A stretch of DNA of 64,000 bases from Parcubacteria group bacterium Gr01-1014_31 (GCA_007376135.1 VMFR01000001.1:142554-206553); one strand, 5' to 3'; shown: positions 9,764-20,823, numbered from the stretch's first letter. Made by a program: numbers and translations. Notes: a model not told the origin generated them from the letters alone.

Positions 9764-10267
9764 TTACCGCTTGCTCCACTGCGGAGCGCGGCGAGCGCGC
9801 TTGAGACCCGGCTTCTTGCGCTCTTTCATCCGGGAATCACGGGTCAGATAGCCATGGGGTTTCAACGTCGGGCGCAGTCCCGCATCCAGGAGCAACAAGC
9901 AGCGCGAAATGCCGTGGCGGACCGCTTCTGCTTGTCCGTGGTATCCGCCACCGCTGACCTTGACCGAACACCCGTGGTCGGCATCCTTACCGACCAGTTT
10001 CAGGGGCGCCATGATCAATTCCTGCAAGTCCGCCTGCGGGAAGTACTGCAGGAGCGGCTTGCCATTGACGGTGAACTCAATGGAACCTGGTATCAGTCGG
10101 ACCCGCGCTACCGCGGTCTTGCGCCGGCCGACCGCCGCCACATAGGTGTTTTTAGCGCGCGGCTTGGGGCTTACCGCCCTCACCGCGGTTTTGACGCGGG
10201 GGTGTGTTGCCTTGGCCGCTTTGGCGTGCGGCTTGGCTGCTGCTTTCTTTGTGGTCGTAGGGGTCAT
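9764..10267 (-). CDS. rpsI: 30S ribosomal protein S9 with Lys/Ala-rich N-terminal extension
   Basis: GRRKTAVARV...ERKKPGLKRARRAPQWSKR. Confidence 0.97.
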   Translation of the reverse strand: MTPTTTKKAAAKPHAKAAKATHPRVKTAVRAVSPKPRAKNTYVAAVGRRKTAVARVRLIPGSIEFTVNGKPLLQYFPQADLQELIMAPLKLVGKDADHGCSVKVSGGGYHGQAEAVRHGISRCLLLLDAGLRPTLKPHGYLTRDSRMKERKKPGLKRARRAPQWSKR

Positions 10268-10277
10268 GGCAGACAGT

Positions 10278-10652
10278 TTAGCGGGTGATGCGCAGGCGCT
10301 TCATCCGGGCGTTACGGAGGCGGTTTTTCGGCAGCATGTAATACACCGTGCGTCGCACCACTTCGCCGGGATTGCGCGGCAACATCTCGCTGATGCGCCG
10401 AGTACGGATACCGCCGGGGTAGCCGGACATGTCGTGGTACACATGCTGCTGAAGTTTTCTGCCGGTCAGGCGGATCTTATCCGCATGGGTGATCGTGACG
10501 AAGTCGCCGCAATCACGGCTCGGATCGAAACTTGGCTTGTGTTTCCCCATCAATAGGCGCGCCGCATTGGACGCCAAGCGACCCAGCGTCAACTCCCGGG
10601 CATCAAGCTCAAGATTGGCACGAACCACCGGTTGACGAACAGTCTTTGCCAT
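10278..10652 (-). CDS. rplM: 50S ribosomal protein L13 (short form)
   Basis: LGRLAS...LMGKHKPSF...GYPGG...MLPKNRL. Confidence 0.96.
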   Translation of the reverse strand: MAKTVRQPVVRANLELDARELTLGRLASNAARLLMGKHKPSFDPSRDCGDFVTITHADKIRLTGRKLQQHVYHDMSGYPGGIRTRRISEMLPRNPGEVVRRTVYYMLPKNRLRNARMKRLRITR

Positions 10653-10655
10653 ACC

Positions 10656-11009
10656 TTAGACGACAAATTCGATCTGGACCTCGGATGCGCCGTCGCCCGG
10701 CCGCTGGCCCAGCTTGGTTATGCGCAGATAACCGCCTTTACGGTCGCGGTAGCGCGGGCCCAGCACCTCGATGACCTTTTTGGTCGCATTTTTTACCGGC
10801 AGGTAGGCCAGCAGCCGCCGCCGGGTCGCCAGATCATTGGAACGCCCCAGCGTTACAAGCCGCTCGACGATCGGCCGGATCGCCCGTGCGCGGGCATCCG
10901 TGGTACGCACCTTCTCGTACAGGATCACGCTGACCGCAAGATTCCGCAGCAAGCTCCGCCGCCCAGCGGCGGTACGATCAAGGGTAACTTTACGTTTGCG
11001 GTGGCGCAT
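10656..11009 (-). CDS. rplQ: 50S ribosomal protein L17
   Basis: MRHRKRK...RKGGYLRITKLGQRPGDGA. Confidence 0.97.
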   Translation of the reverse strand: MRHRKRKVTLDRTAAGRRSLLRNLAVSVILYEKVRTTDARARAIRPIVERLVTLGRSNDLATRRRLLAYLPVKNATKKVIEVLGPRYRDRKGGYLRITKLGQRPGDGASEVQIEFVV

Positions 11010-11014
11010 ACGTT

Positions 11015-11848
11015 CTACTCAGACTTCTTGGATTTCTTCTTAGGCTTCTTTGGTTCACCGTCGGCAGCTGCTCCTTCGGAGCCCTCGGTTGCTTCAGCCA
11101 CCGGCTCCTCGGCCGTCTTTGTCTCTGCGGCCGCCTCGGTTTCCTGCAATGCCGCTTCGCCGACCTTATCAACGACAAAAGTGAAATGCTCGATCAGGTA
11201 TTTACCGGACTCAAGCAGGGCATCCTTGGGGGAAATAGTGCCGTCGGTCTCGATCTGTAGTACCAGCTTATCCCAGTTGGTCATCTGACCCACGCGAACG
11301 CTCTCGATCTGAAAACCGACCTTACGGACCGGACTAAACAGGGCATCTAGGGCGATCATGCCGACCTCCAGCTCCTCTTTTTCGCGAGCCTCGGTCGGCT
11401 CATAACCGCGTCCCTGCTTGGCGATGACTTCGATCTCCAGGCTCGCGCTCTTGTCCGTCAGCGTCGCGATAACCAAATCCTTATTGATAACTTCGGCCTC
11501 GCTGGTGCCGGTAATATCGCCTGCCGTGACCTTCATCTCGCCGTGAGCCGCTAACTTCAAACGCACCGGTTCTGCCGAATGTACTTTCAGGCGCACCTGC
11601 TTCAGATTCAAGGCAATCTCCACGAAGTCTTCCTTGATGCCGGGCAAGGCCGAGAATTCATGCTGTACGCCCTTCACGTTGAAGGAGGTGATGGCGGCAC
11701 CCGGCAAAGATGACAGAAGCACCCGCCGCAACGAGTTGCCGACCGTCGTTCCGTAGCCAGGGAAGAATGGTTCGATCGCGACGGTCGCCACGCGTTCGTT
11801 GTCGCCTGCAACGATGGTGACGGTCGTCGGCAGCGGGATGTGCTCCAT
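11015..11848 (-). CDS. rpoA: RNA polymerase alpha subunit, NTD only plus acidic/basic tail
   Basis: EPFFPGYGTTVGNSLRRVLLSSLPGAAIT, DALFSPV, IETDGTISP; position in the alpha operon. Confidence 0.95.
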   Translation of the reverse strand: MEHIPLPTTVTIVAGDNERVATVAIEPFFPGYGTTVGNSLRRVLLSSLPGAAITSFNVKGVQHEFSALPGIKEDFVEIALNLKQVRLKVHSAEPVRLKLAAHGEMKVTAGDITGTSEAEVINKDLVIATLTDKSASLEIEVIAKQGRGYEPTEAREKEELEVGMIALDALFSPVRKVGFQIESVRVGQMTNWDKLVLQIETDGTISPKDALLESGKYLIEHFTFVVDKVGEAALQETEAAAETKTAEEPVAEATEGSEGAAADGEPKKPKKKSKKSE

Positions 11849-11890
11849 ACGGGTTGTAGTGATTTAAATACGGTGACGAAATTCGCTCGT

Positions 11891-12505
11891 TTAGCGCGAA
11901 TAGAGCTCAACGACGGCCTGAGCATTGAACAGCCCCTTGAGCAACTCGGGTTCAGGCTGGCCGATCACCTTGGCCTGGAAGCCATCGGTTTCAACGTTCA
12001 GCCACTCCGGAATGCCCTGCTTCTCGGCAGGCCGTCCCGCTTTGTCAGAAAAAAGTTTCTTCCCTCGTTTATTCTCTTTGATGGCGATGACGTCCTTGAG
12101 CCGTACCTGGTAGGACGGCACATCAACGCGCTTCCCGTTCACCTGCACGAAACCATGCCCGACGAGCTGCCGCGCTTGCGGCCTAGTCAGCGCCCAGTGG
12201 AGCCGGTACACGACATTGTCCAAGCGCATCTCCAGCATGCGGGCCAAATGTACGCCCGAGTCACCCTTCTCGCTGACGGCAGCGTGATAGTAATTGCTGA
12301 ATTGGCGCTCGGTCAGACCGTAGGTCCGCCGTGCGCGCTGTTTTTCGCGGAATTGCTGCCCATACGGCGTCAGGCGCACACGAGCATTGGGCCCATGCAT
12401 GCCCGGCGGATAGTTACGACGCATCAGCGGGCACTTAGCCGCATCACAAACCTTCACGCCTAGGCGGCGGCAGAGTTTATGTTTCGGACCCAAATAGCGG
12501 GACAT
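11891..12505 (-). CDS. rpsD: 30S ribosomal protein S4
   Basis: MSRYLGPKHKLCRR, LEMRLDNVVYR, VVELYSR. Confidence 0.97.
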   Translation of the reverse strand: MSRYLGPKHKLCRRLGVKVCDAAKCPLMRRNYPPGMHGPNARVRLTPYGQQFREKQRARRTYGLTERQFSNYYHAAVSEKGDSGVHLARMLEMRLDNVVYRLHWALTRPQARQLVGHGFVQVNGKRVDVPSYQVRLKDVIAIKENKRGKKLFSDKAGRPAEKQGIPEWLNVETDGFQAKVIGQPEPELLKGLFNAQAVVELYSR

Positions 12506-12513
12506 AGGTATCG

Positions 12514-12999
12514 TTAAATGCGGCGCGGCTTCTTCGGCCGGCACCCGTTATGCGGCAACGGAGACACATCCTTGATGCTCAAGACATTGATGCCATTGGC
12601 GTTGATCGCGCGGATGGCCGCTTCACGTCCGGAACCAAAGCCCTTGACGAAGACCGAGACCTCGCGCAGGCCGTACTCATGGGCTTTCGTTGCCGCCTGG
12701 CGAACGATCATGCCCGCGGCGTACGGTGTCGACTTCTTCGGGCCGCGGAATCCGGTCCGGCCGGCCGAAGCCTGTCCGATCACATTTCCCTGAGGATCCG
12801 TAAAAGTCACGATGGTGTTGTTGTACGTCGCCTGAATGTAGGCACGGCCCGTCGGAACCTGGCGTTTGGCCTTTTTACCGCTGGCGGCACGCACCGGCTT
12901 GGATTCCGACGCCGCTTCGTTCGCGGCGATGAGAGCTTCCGGTGCAGCGATGGCCGGCGTTTCTGGCTTCGTTTGCGGTGTGGTGGTCTCCGGGATCAT
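12514..12999 (-). CDS. rpsK: 30S ribosomal protein S11 with N-terminal extension
   Basis: [30 protein letters not shown]. Confidence 0.97.
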   Translation of the reverse strand: MIPETTTPQTKPETPAIAAPEALIAANEAASESKPVRAASGKKAKRQVPTGRAYIQATYNNTIVTFTDPQGNVIGQASAGRTGFRGPKKSTPYAAGMIVRQAATKAHEYGLREVSVFVKGFGSGREAAIRAINANGINVLSIKDVSPLPHNGCRPKKPRRI

Positions 13000-13005
13000 A
13001 GGCAA

Positions 13006-13395
13006 TTAGGTCTTCTGTGCGGTGGTCTTGCGTCCCGAACCCATCGTGCGACGAACGTTCCCGCGCACAGTGCGTGAGTTGGTTTTGGTCCGCTGGCCGC
13101 GCACCGGCAACCGTTTGAGGTGACGCACGCCGCGGTAGCAGCCGATCTCTTTCAGGCGCTTAACGTTCATCATAACCTCGCGGCGCAGTTCGCCCTCCAC
13201 CTGAAAACGCTTTTCAATGATCTCGCGCAGCGCGTTCACCTCGCGCTCGGAAAGATCCTTGACCCGCGTATTCGGGTTGACTTTGGCTTGCTGCAGGATC
13301 GAGATCGAACGGCTGCGGCCGATACCATACAGATACATCAGGCCGATCTCGACGCGCTTTTGCGGAGGCAGAGTAATGCCGCTGATGCGAGCCAT
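13006..13395 (-). CDS. rpsM: 30S ribosomal protein S13
   Basis: [25 protein letters not shown]. Confidence 0.97.
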   Translation of the reverse strand: MARISGITLPPQKRVEIGLMYLYGIGRSRSISILQQAKVNPNTRVKDLSEREVNALREIIEKRFQVEGELRREVMMNVKRLKEIGCYRGVRHLKRLPVRGQRTKTNSRTVRGNVRRTMGSGRKTTAQKT

Positions 13396-13410
13396 AAGAA
13401 AATGAAGTGC

Positions 13411-13524
13411 CTAGCCTTGACGCTGGCGGTGCTTGGGCGTGATACAAATCACGTGCAGCCGCTTCTTGCGGCGCACCATCTTACAATCCTTACAAATCGC
13501 TTTGACCGATGCGCGAACCTTCAT
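13411..13524 (-). CDS. rpmJ: 50S ribosomal protein L36 (not in the ORF track)
   Basis: Translated by hand: [37 protein letters not shown]. Confidence 0.97.
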   Translation of the reverse strand: MKVRASVKAICKDCKMVRRKKRLHVICITPKHRQRQG

Positions 13525-13530
13525 GGTGAT

Positions 13531-13767
13531 CTAATAACGGAATACGATACGTCCCTTGGTTAGATCGTAAGGGCTGATCTGCACCTTGACCCGGTCACCG
13601 GGAAGGAGCTTGATGCGATTCATCCGCATCCGCCCCGACAAGTGCCCCAAAATCTCGGTCCCATTCTCCAGTTTGATCCGGAAATTCGCCGCCGGAAGAA
13701 GCTCAGTAACTTCCCCAACCGCCTCAAGAAAATCCTTGCTTGCTGAGGTGGGCGTCGATGTGGGCAT
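13531..13767 (-). CDS. infA: Translation initiation factor IF-1
   Basis: [37 protein letters not shown]. Confidence 0.97.
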   Translation of the reverse strand: MPTSTPTSASKDFLEAVGEVTELLPAANFRIKLENGTEILGHLSGRMRMNRIKLLPGDRVKVQISPYDLTKGRIVFRY

Positions 13768-14046
13768 GTGGTAAAGATTTTGGCAGTCTTTCTGGGCGAC
13801 GGAAACTAAAAATTCGCAGTCCGCCTAAGGCGGACTCGAATCACGTAGCCGCGGGCACTAACGTTTTGCCATTCATCCGCACGTGTATTTCAACTAGCGC
13901 TCGTTTGGCCGCGGAATGCCCAATTTCGCTTTCGTAAGCAAAATTTTGCCGCTTGTGAAGACTGGTTGAAAGGGTAGCCGAATTTAACGATTTTGTCAAA
14001 CCCACGCTGAAGATACATGGAATACTGATAATTTGGCTCCACCAAG

Positions 14047-15822
14047 CTACGTTTGCACTTCCTTTGCTGGCCGAACCACGGCCTTGATCCTGCGGATACC
14101 CGCTGAGGATGCCTCCTCTTTCAGTATGTGGAACGACCCCAATTCCGAGGTGTTGTGCACATGAGGTCCGGTGCAGATCTCTTTGCTGAAATCTCCCATT
14201 GTGTAGACCGAGATCTTGCCCGTATATTTGTGCCCAAAGAATCCCAGCGCGCCGTCCCGCGTTGCCTCAGCGGGCGACATTTCGTCGCGGCTCACCAGCA
14301 GCGCGCGCTTGATCTGCTCGTTGACCACATCCTCTACCCGCTTAAGCTCTTCGGCCGTCAATTTCGACTGGTACGAGAAGTCGAAACGCAGACGCTCCGG
14401 GGTGATATTACTTCCCTTCTGCTGGACATGCTCCCCCAGTACCTTCCGCAACGCGGCGTGTAAAAGATGGGTGGCCGTATGAAGCTTTGTGGTTTCCACC
14501 GACGTGTCTGCGAGCCCGGAGCGGAAACGACCGGCCGCTGCGGTCCTTGAGAGCTCCTGGTGCTGGCGGAATGCCGTAGTAAAACTCTCCCGTTCGACCG
14601 TCCAGCCGCGCTCCCGCAAAATCTCCTCGGTCAACTCGATCGGGAAGCCGTAGGTCTGCAGAAGATCGAACGCCTCGATTCCCGGCAAAACCTTGTCACC
14701 GCTGTTCTCCAGGCGTCGTTCAAGCTTTCTTGTCCCGCGCTCGATAGTCCCCGAGAAACGCTCTTCTTCGGCGCTGAACTGCTCGCGAATGAATCCAGCG
14801 TTTCTTTTCAGCCACGGATAGCGACCCTGGAACGTCGGAACGAACAATGCACCAACCTCGGCCGTGAACATCCCGGGAATGCCAAGTAAGCGACCGTAAC
14901 GAATGGCGCGGCGGATCAATCGGCGTACGACGTACCCGCGCTCGACGTTCGATGGTACCACGCCGGCCGGGTCACCCAGGATCATGGTGGCGGCGCGGAG
15001 ATGGTCAACGACGATGCGCAACGCCCGTTCGTCGCGCTTGGCTATCCGCGACTCCAGCAGTTCGAATGCCGGCACGAAGGTATCGGTCGAGTAGACGTTC
15101 GTCTGGCGGTTTAGGACGGCCACGGTGCGTTCCACCCCCATACCGGTGTCCACGTTTTGCTGGGTCAGTGGTTCAAAGCTGCCGGTTTCTGTTTTCCGGT
15201 ATTGCATGAACACGTCATTCCAGATCTCCACCCAGCGTTTGTCCGCCGGATCGAACACCTGCGGCGGTGCGCTTTGCCCTGTCCAGTAGAACATTTCGGT
15301 GTCGGGGCCGCACGGGCCGGTTTGTCCCGCCGGACCCCACCAATTGTCGGCTTTCGACAGTGCCCGAATGCGCTGTTCCGGGATACCCAATCTCCGCCAA
15401 GCCGCTTTTGATTCTTCGTCCAGGGCCGCGTCCTGGTCACCGGCAAAAACGCTGACTGAAATGAGCTCCCGAGGTATGGCTAGCCATTCCGGTGCGGTGA
15501 GAAATTCCCAGCTCCACTTGATCGCCTCGTCCTTGAAATAGTCGCCCAGCGACCAGTTACCGAGCATTTCAAAAAAGGTCAGGTGGGTATCGTCGCCGAC
15601 CTCATTGATGTCGCCGGTGCGCACGCACTGCTGCACGTCAGCCAGCCGGCGTCCTTGCGGATGCGGCTGCCCGAGCAGATGCGGCACCAACGGATGCATT
15701 CCCGCCGTGGTGAACAGCACCGACGGGTCATTGTCGGGCACGAGCGACGCCGACGGAATCACCGCATGCTGCCGCTGGCGGAAAAAGTTGAGGTATTTTT
15801 CGATGAGTTCCTGGGTGGTCAT
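14047..15822 (-). CDS. alaS: Alanyl-tRNA synthetase (short form, no C-Ala domain)
   Basis: LFTTAGM, TFFEMLGNWS, DTGMGVER, HTATHLL, CTGPH. Confidence 0.96.
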   Translation of the reverse strand: MTTQELIEKYLNFFRQRQHAVIPSASLVPDNDPSVLFTTAGMHPLVPHLLGQPHPQGRRLADVQQCVRTGDINEVGDDTHLTFFEMLGNWSLGDYFKDEAIKWSWEFLTAPEWLAIPRELISVSVFAGDQDAALDEESKAAWRRLGIPEQRIRALSKADNWWGPAGQTGPCGPDTEMFYWTGQSAPPQVFDPADKRWVEIWNDVFMQYRKTETGSFEPLTQQNVDTGMGVERTVAVLNRQTNVYSTDTFVPAFELLESRIAKRDERALRIVVDHLRAATMILGDPAGVVPSNVERGYVVRRLIRRAIRYGRLLGIPGMFTAEVGALFVPTFQGRYPWLKRNAGFIREQFSAEEERFSGTIERGTRKLERRLENSGDKVLPGIEAFDLLQTYGFPIELTEEILRERGWTVERESFTTAFRQHQELSRTAAAGRFRSGLADTSVETTKLHTATHLLHAALRKVLGEHVQQKGSNITPERLRFDFSYQSKLTAEELKRVEDVVNEQIKRALLVSRDEMSPAEATRDGALGFFGHKYTGKISVYTMGDFSKEICTGPHVHNTSELGSFHILKEEASSAGIRRIKAVVRPAKEVQT

Positions 15823-15825
15823 AGA

Positions 15826-16899
15826 TCACGTCACAATAGTCCCGCCGCCAAGGACGTAGCTGCCGGAGTACAATACTGCGGACTGACCCGAGGTGACCGC
15901 GAATTGCGGGCGATCGAACACCAGGGTAACGCCGCGGGCAGATCGCGCCACGCTGCAGCGCTGCGAAGGCTGCTGGTAGCGCAGTTTTGCCGTGCACCGC
16001 AGCGGCAGGTCCGGGCGTCCATTGATCCAGTGCACGGACCTCACCTCGACGCGCTGTCGGTAGAGCGCGGGATGGCGCCGGCCGGCAGCCACAACCAGCG
16101 TATTGGTACGCACGTTCTTTTGTCCCACATACCAGGGCGTACCGCCGCCGATGCCGAGCCCATGCCGCTGGCCAATCGTATAATACCAGACTCCCGGGTG
16201 GCGACCAACCACGTTCCCGTCCGTATCCTTCACCTGCCCGGTCCGAGAACGAATGCGTTGCTGTAAAAAATCCCGCAAATCCACCTGCCCAACGAAGCAG
16301 ATGCCCTGCGAATCCTTCTTTTCCGCCGTCGGCAGATTCAGGCGACGCGCCGCCGCGCGGACATCCGTTTTTATCATCGCGCCGATCGGAAACAGTGTGT
16401 GCCCAAGCTGCGCGGCCGTCAACGCGTACAAGAAGTAGGATTGGTCTTTACGCGGGTCGACACCGCGGTACAGCCGGCCGTGCTTGGTGCGCGCGTAGTG
16501 TCCGGTCGCCATCATCGAACAACCCATGCTCTTCGCGTGCCGCCAGAAGAGATCGAATTTGATCTCGCGGTTGCATACCACGTCGGGATTGGGTGTGCGC
16601 CCTGCGCGGTACTCGCGGAAAAAATATCGAATGACCGAGCGCTCGTACTCGCGCTCAAAATTCACGCTCGAAAACGGGATACGCAGCTTCCGGCACACTG
16701 CTTGGGCGTCATGCTGGTCCTGCTCCCACGGACAGTCTTTGGCCAGCACCCCCGCCCAACCTTCAGAAGAAAAATTCTTCATAAAAATACCGACCACGTC
16801 AAATCCCTGCCGCACCAGCAGGGCAGCGGACAGCGAAGAGTCGACGCCGCCGGACATCGCCACGGCAATCCGCATTTTTTTTACCGGCATCGCGCGCAT
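15826..16899 (-). CDS. mnmA: tRNA 2-thiouridylase MnmA
   Basis: SGGVDS, PNPDVVCN, ATGHYA, KDQSYFL, DSQGICF. Confidence 0.96.
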   Translation of the reverse strand: MRAMPVKKMRIAVAMSGGVDSSLSAALLVRQGFDVVGIFMKNFSSEGWAGVLAKDCPWEQDQHDAQAVCRKLRIPFSSVNFEREYERSVIRYFFREYRAGRTPNPDVVCNREIKFDLFWRHAKSMGCSMMATGHYARTKHGRLYRGVDPRKDQSYFLYALTAAQLGHTLFPIGAMIKTDVRAAARRLNLPTAEKKDSQGICFVGQVDLRDFLQQRIRSRTGQVKDTDGNVVGRHPGVWYYTIGQRHGLGIGGGTPWYVGQKNVRTNTLVVAAGRRHPALYRQRVEVRSVHWINGRPDLPLRCTAKLRYQQPSQRCSVARSARGVTLVFDRPQFAVTSGQSAVLYSGSYVLGGGTIVT

Positions 16900-16990
16900 A
16901 GGGTGCGCTCACCGTACGAAAATTCTCTTGAAACGTCAAACCGCGCAGCCGTTTCGCTGCGCGGTTTGACAAGTTCGCAGACCGTGCGAA

Positions 16991-19600
16991 CTACTTTTTA
17001 ACGCCGATGATGACTTTCCCCTTTTGTTCGTCGATCGTGACGGTGTTGCCGGCCTTGACCTTGCCTGAGACGATCTCAAGCGCCAGCGGATCCAGTACCG
17101 CGCTCTGAAGCACGCGCTTCAGCGGGCGCGCCCCATACGTCGGGTCGTAGCCGCGCTTCGCCACCCAGGCCAGCGCCTTCTCGCTGAACTTCAGCCGGAT
17201 GCTCTGTTTGTCCAGACGCCGGATCGCGAGCTGTACCTGCAGATCAACGATCTTTCGGATATCCTGCGGCGAAAGCGAATGGAACGTGATGATGGCGTCC
17301 AGCCGGTTAAGAAACTCCGGTTTGAACGACTTGCGCAGCACTTCCTGAAGGCGTTCTTCCATGGCATGCTGATCGACCGCCTCGCTTCTGCGCTGAGTCG
17401 TGAACCCCAGGCTGTAATCGTGGATGATGTCCGAACCAAGGTTAGACGTCATGACGATGACCGTATTTTTAAAGTTCACCGTTCTTCCTTTGGCATCGGT
17501 GACGCGTCCCTCGTCAAGGATCTGCAGCAGCAGGTTGAAAACGTCGGGGTGCGCCTTTTCGACCTCATCGAGCAGCATCACGGCGTATGGGCGTCGGCGG
17601 ATGATCTCGGTCAATTGCCCGCCCTCTTCGTAGCCGACGTAGCCGGGCGGCGAACCGATGATCTTGGAAACGGAGTGGCGCTCCATGTACTCGGACATAT
17701 CCAATCGGACCAACGCGTGCTCATCATCGAACATGAACTCCGCCAGGGCCTTGGCCAGCTCGGTCTTCCCTACTCCGGTCGGACCAAGGAACAGAAAAGT
17801 CCCGATGGGGCGATGTTCCTCGCCGATGCCGGCCCGCGAACGCCGTACGGCATTGGCGACTGCGGTAATGGCCTGCAGCTGCCCGACCACCCTGCGGCCA
17901 AGCCCTTCCTCCATCCGCGCCAGCTTTGAGGATTCGCTCTCAAGCATCCGCGCCACCGGCACGCCGGTCCAGCGGGACACCACGCCGGCAATATCCTCCT
18001 CGCTCACGGTTTCCTTGATGATCTGACGGTCGCGCTGTAAACGATTGAGCTTGCTGGTCAGTTCCGTCATCTTCTTTTCCAGCGCCGGCATGGTCGCGTA
18101 TTTGATCTCCGCCACCCGCTGCAGTTCACCGCTGCGCTCAAAGCGCTCGGCTTGAAGCTTTAGCTTCTCGGTCTCCTCGCGGGCCTGCTTGATCTGATTG
18201 ATAAGGTCTTTTTCTCCGCGCCAGTGGATCTCTATCTCGTTGGCCACCTCCTCCGCGTCGGCAAGCTTTCGGTTCACCTCCTCCAGAGGTGAACCGGGGA
18301 TGCCCTCTTTCTTCAACGCCTCTTTTTCGACTTTCAGCTGCAGGATCTTGCGCTTCAGGACATCCAGCTCGTCAGGCATGGAATCGATCTCCATCCGCAA
18401 CCCGGAGGCGGCCTCGTCGATGAGATCGATGGCTTTGTCGGGCAAAAAACGATCGGTAATGTAGCGCTGCGAAAGATTGGCCGCCGCCACCAACGCCCCG
18501 TCCGTGATCTTAATGCCATGGTGCAGCTCGTACCGCTCCTTGATGCCGCGTAAAATGGCGATGGTGTCCTCCAACGACGGCTCGCCGATAAGTATCGGCT
18601 GAAAACGGCGCTCCAAGGCCGCATCCTTCTCCACATGCTTTTGATATTCCTTCAAGGTGGTAGCGCCGATCATCCGTAGCGTACCCCGCGCCAGTGCGGG
18701 CTTCAAAAGGTTGGCGGCATCGATGGCGCCCTCGGCGCCGCCTGCCCCCACAATGACGTGCAACTCGTCGACGAACAAAATGAAGCGGTCGGGCTCGTTC
18801 TCCAGTTCCTTCAGCACGGCCTTCAGGCGGTCCTCAAATTCACCGCGAAACTTCGAGCCGGCCAGCAACGCGCCCATGTCCAAGACCATCAGTTCTTTGT
18901 CCTTGAGGCTGTCGGGGACGTCGCCGTTGACGATCCGCTGCGCCAACCCTTCGACCACGGCCGTTTTCCCGGTACCGGGCTCGCCGATCAAGACGGGATT
19001 GTTCTTTTTCTTGCGCGAGAGAACCTGCATGACGCGCCGGATCTCGCGGTCACGGCCGACCACCGGATCCAGCTTGCCGCTGCGCGCCTGTTCGACCAGA
19101 TCGGCCGCGTACTTGCGCAAGGCCTGATATTTGCTCTCCGGCTCCTGGTCGACGACGCGCTGCGTGCCCCGCACCGATTTCAACACCGTCAGCACCTTAT
19201 CGTAGGTGATCCCAAGCTCTTCCAGGATGAATTTCGCTTCCGAGTTGACCTCGGTCAGCGCCAGCAGCAGATGTTCGGTGCTGACGTATTCGTCATGAAG
19301 TTGGTTGGCGATGCGTTCGCTGCGTGCCAAAACCACGTTAAACTCCGTCGTCAAGTGCGGCGCCACGACCAGTCCGGACACGACGGGAACTTTCTTTTCG
19401 ACCGCCGCGATGCGGGCGCGCAGCCGCGCGAGGTCGATTTCAAGTTTTTTGAATACCGAGAGTACCACGCTCTCCGGCTGCTCGATCAATGCCGAAAGCA
19501 GATGCGGCACCGTGATCTGCTGGTGCCCCAATTCCGCGGCATGTTGCACGGTCCGCTGCAACGCGTCTTGCGCTTTATAGGTGAATTTAGATGGGTCCAT
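16991..19600 (-). CDS. clpB: Chaperone ClpB
   Basis: Two AAA modules ([17 protein letters not shown]), coiled-coil M domain and Clp-N domain. Confidence 0.96.
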   Translation of the reverse strand: MDPSKFTYKAQDALQRTVQHAAELGHQQITVPHLLSALIEQPESVVLSVFKKLEIDLARLRARIAAVEKKVPVVSGLVVAPHLTTEFNVVLARSERIANQLHDEYVSTEHLLLALTEVNSEAKFILEELGITYDKVLTVLKSVRGTQRVVDQEPESKYQALRKYAADLVEQARSGKLDPVVGRDREIRRVMQVLSRKKKNNPVLIGEPGTGKTAVVEGLAQRIVNGDVPDSLKDKELMVLDMGALLAGSKFRGEFEDRLKAVLKELENEPDRFILFVDELHVIVGAGGAEGAIDAANLLKPALARGTLRMIGATTLKEYQKHVEKDAALERRFQPILIGEPSLEDTIAILRGIKERYELHHGIKITDGALVAAANLSQRYITDRFLPDKAIDLIDEAASGLRMEIDSMPDELDVLKRKILQLKVEKEALKKEGIPGSPLEEVNRKLADAEEVANEIEIHWRGEKDLINQIKQAREETEKLKLQAERFERSGELQRVAEIKYATMPALEKKMTELTSKLNRLQRDRQIIKETVSEEDIAGVVSRWTGVPVARMLESESSKLARMEEGLGRRVVGQLQAITAVANAVRRSRAGIGEEHRPIGTFLFLGPTGVGKTELAKALAEFMFDDEHALVRLDMSEYMERHSVSKIIGSPPGYVGYEEGGQLTEIIRRRPYAVMLLDEVEKAHPDVFNLLLQILDEGRVTDAKGRTVNFKNTVIVMTSNLGSDIIHDYSLGFTTQRRSEAVDQHAMEERLQEVLRKSFKPEFLNRLDAIITFHSLSPQDIRKIVDLQVQLAIRRLDKQSIRLKFSEKALAWVAKRGYDPTYGARPLKRVLQSAVLDPLALEIVSGKVKAGNTVTIDEQKGKVIIGVKK

Positions 19601-19613
19601 GGTGAAAGATAAT

Positions 19614-19640
19614 TTAGCACTCAGTCGATATGAGTGCTAA
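19614..19640. promoter_or_regulatory. CIRCE element (HrcA operator) upstream of clpB
   Basis: Exact TTAGCACTC-agtcgatat-GAGTGCTAA. Confidence 0.95.
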
Positions 19641-19666
19641 TACCATACTATGCGCCGATCGTCCTG

Positions 19667-20815
19667 TCAATGTCGCAGCCACTCCACGGTGAGGCTGCCC
19701 AATTCTGCCGCTATTCCTGCCGCCAGCAACGCCGGAAACAGGGCGTCCATGAATTTCGGAACAGCGGTAATTATCCGCGGTTGTCCGCGAAGGCGACGAT
19801 ACACGCGAAGGATCAAATAAGCGTCGACTCCGAGTGCCAGCGCACCCGTGAGCCCAATAACGGCAATGAACGCCGTCGGCGGGGCGAATATGAACACCGC
19901 GGGTACCGCGGCCACCGCGGCCAGCGCCATCCGCTTGGTCCGTTTCAGGTCGAACCAAAAGACTTTTTGCAGCAGAGCGCCAAGACTGATGAATGAGGTG
20001 AACGTCGTGATCAACCCAAAAGCATACAGCGCCGCCACGCCCGTCGAGGTAAGCCGTACGCGCAGTCCAGCGACGCTCTCGGGGGAGGTTTGCGCGCCGC
20101 TGACGCCCAGGACCACCGCCGTGAACAGGATATAGGTCAGAGCCGCCAGCACCGTACTGGCGGCAAGCACCCACGGCAGCCGGCGGCGGTAGCGGGCACC
20201 AACCTCATCGACGACATCCGGAACGATGGATACTCCCCAGATCGAGAATAATGCGACCCCATACGGAAGCAGCAGGCTCCCCCACCCCACCCCGCCCCAT
20301 TGCTCCCACCGCACGAAGGGGGAAAGACGCGCAACCAGCCAGGCCATGATCAAAAAGAATACCAGCAGCAACGCGACCTCCATGCCAACGACCGTCCGCT
20401 GTCCAGCCCAGATGACCGCCATACCGATCACGTAATATGCTCCGACGTAGAGCCAAGCCGGCCCGCCGAATACCGGCTGCAGCATCCCCGCGAGGAAATT
20501 CCCGCCCACCATCACGTACGCCGCCAGCGCGCCGAACAGTCCGACCGTATTCGAAAAGATCGCCAGCCTGCGCCAATGCGGCCCCAAACTGGCGCCGACA
20601 TACCCCGGCAGACGCATCCGCTGCGGGTAAGTGGCAACCACCTCGGCGTACATCGCGGCCGACAGGAATCCGACGCCGGACAGCACTAGGATGTGCATGA
20701 CCGTCGGCAAAAATCCGGCGCGGGCGGCAACGTAGGGCAATCCGAACAGCCCGACGCCGATAACGGTGCCGGTCATCAGGCACACGCCGTTAATGCTCCG
20801 CCGAATCCCCTCCAT
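19667..20815 (-). CDS. Aromatic amino acid permease family transporter
   Basis: GTVIGVGLFGLPY, LPYGVALFS, multipass membrane. Confidence 0.85.
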   Translation of the reverse strand: MEGIRRSINGVCLMTGTVIGVGLFGLPYVAARAGFLPTVMHILVLSGVGFLSAAMYAEVVATYPQRMRLPGYVGASLGPHWRRLAIFSNTVGLFGALAAYVMVGGNFLAGMLQPVFGGPAWLYVGAYYVIGMAVIWAGQRTVVGMEVALLLVFFLIMAWLVARLSPFVRWEQWGGVGWGSLLLPYGVALFSIWGVSIVPDVVDEVGARYRRRLPWVLAASTVLAALTYILFTAVVLGVSGAQTSPESVAGLRVRLTSTGVAALYAFGLITTFTSFISLGALLQKVFWFDLKRTKRMALAAVAAVPAVFIFAPPTAFIAVIGLTGALALGVDAYLILRVYRRLRGQPRIITAVPKFMDALFPALLAAGIAAELGSLTVEWLRH

Positions 20816-20823
20816 CGCGAAAC

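Noticed and set aside
14047-15822. Short AlaRS and short L13 as pseudogenes
   Set aside because: The frames are intact with all catalytic or core motifs, and compact forms are usual in reduced genomes.
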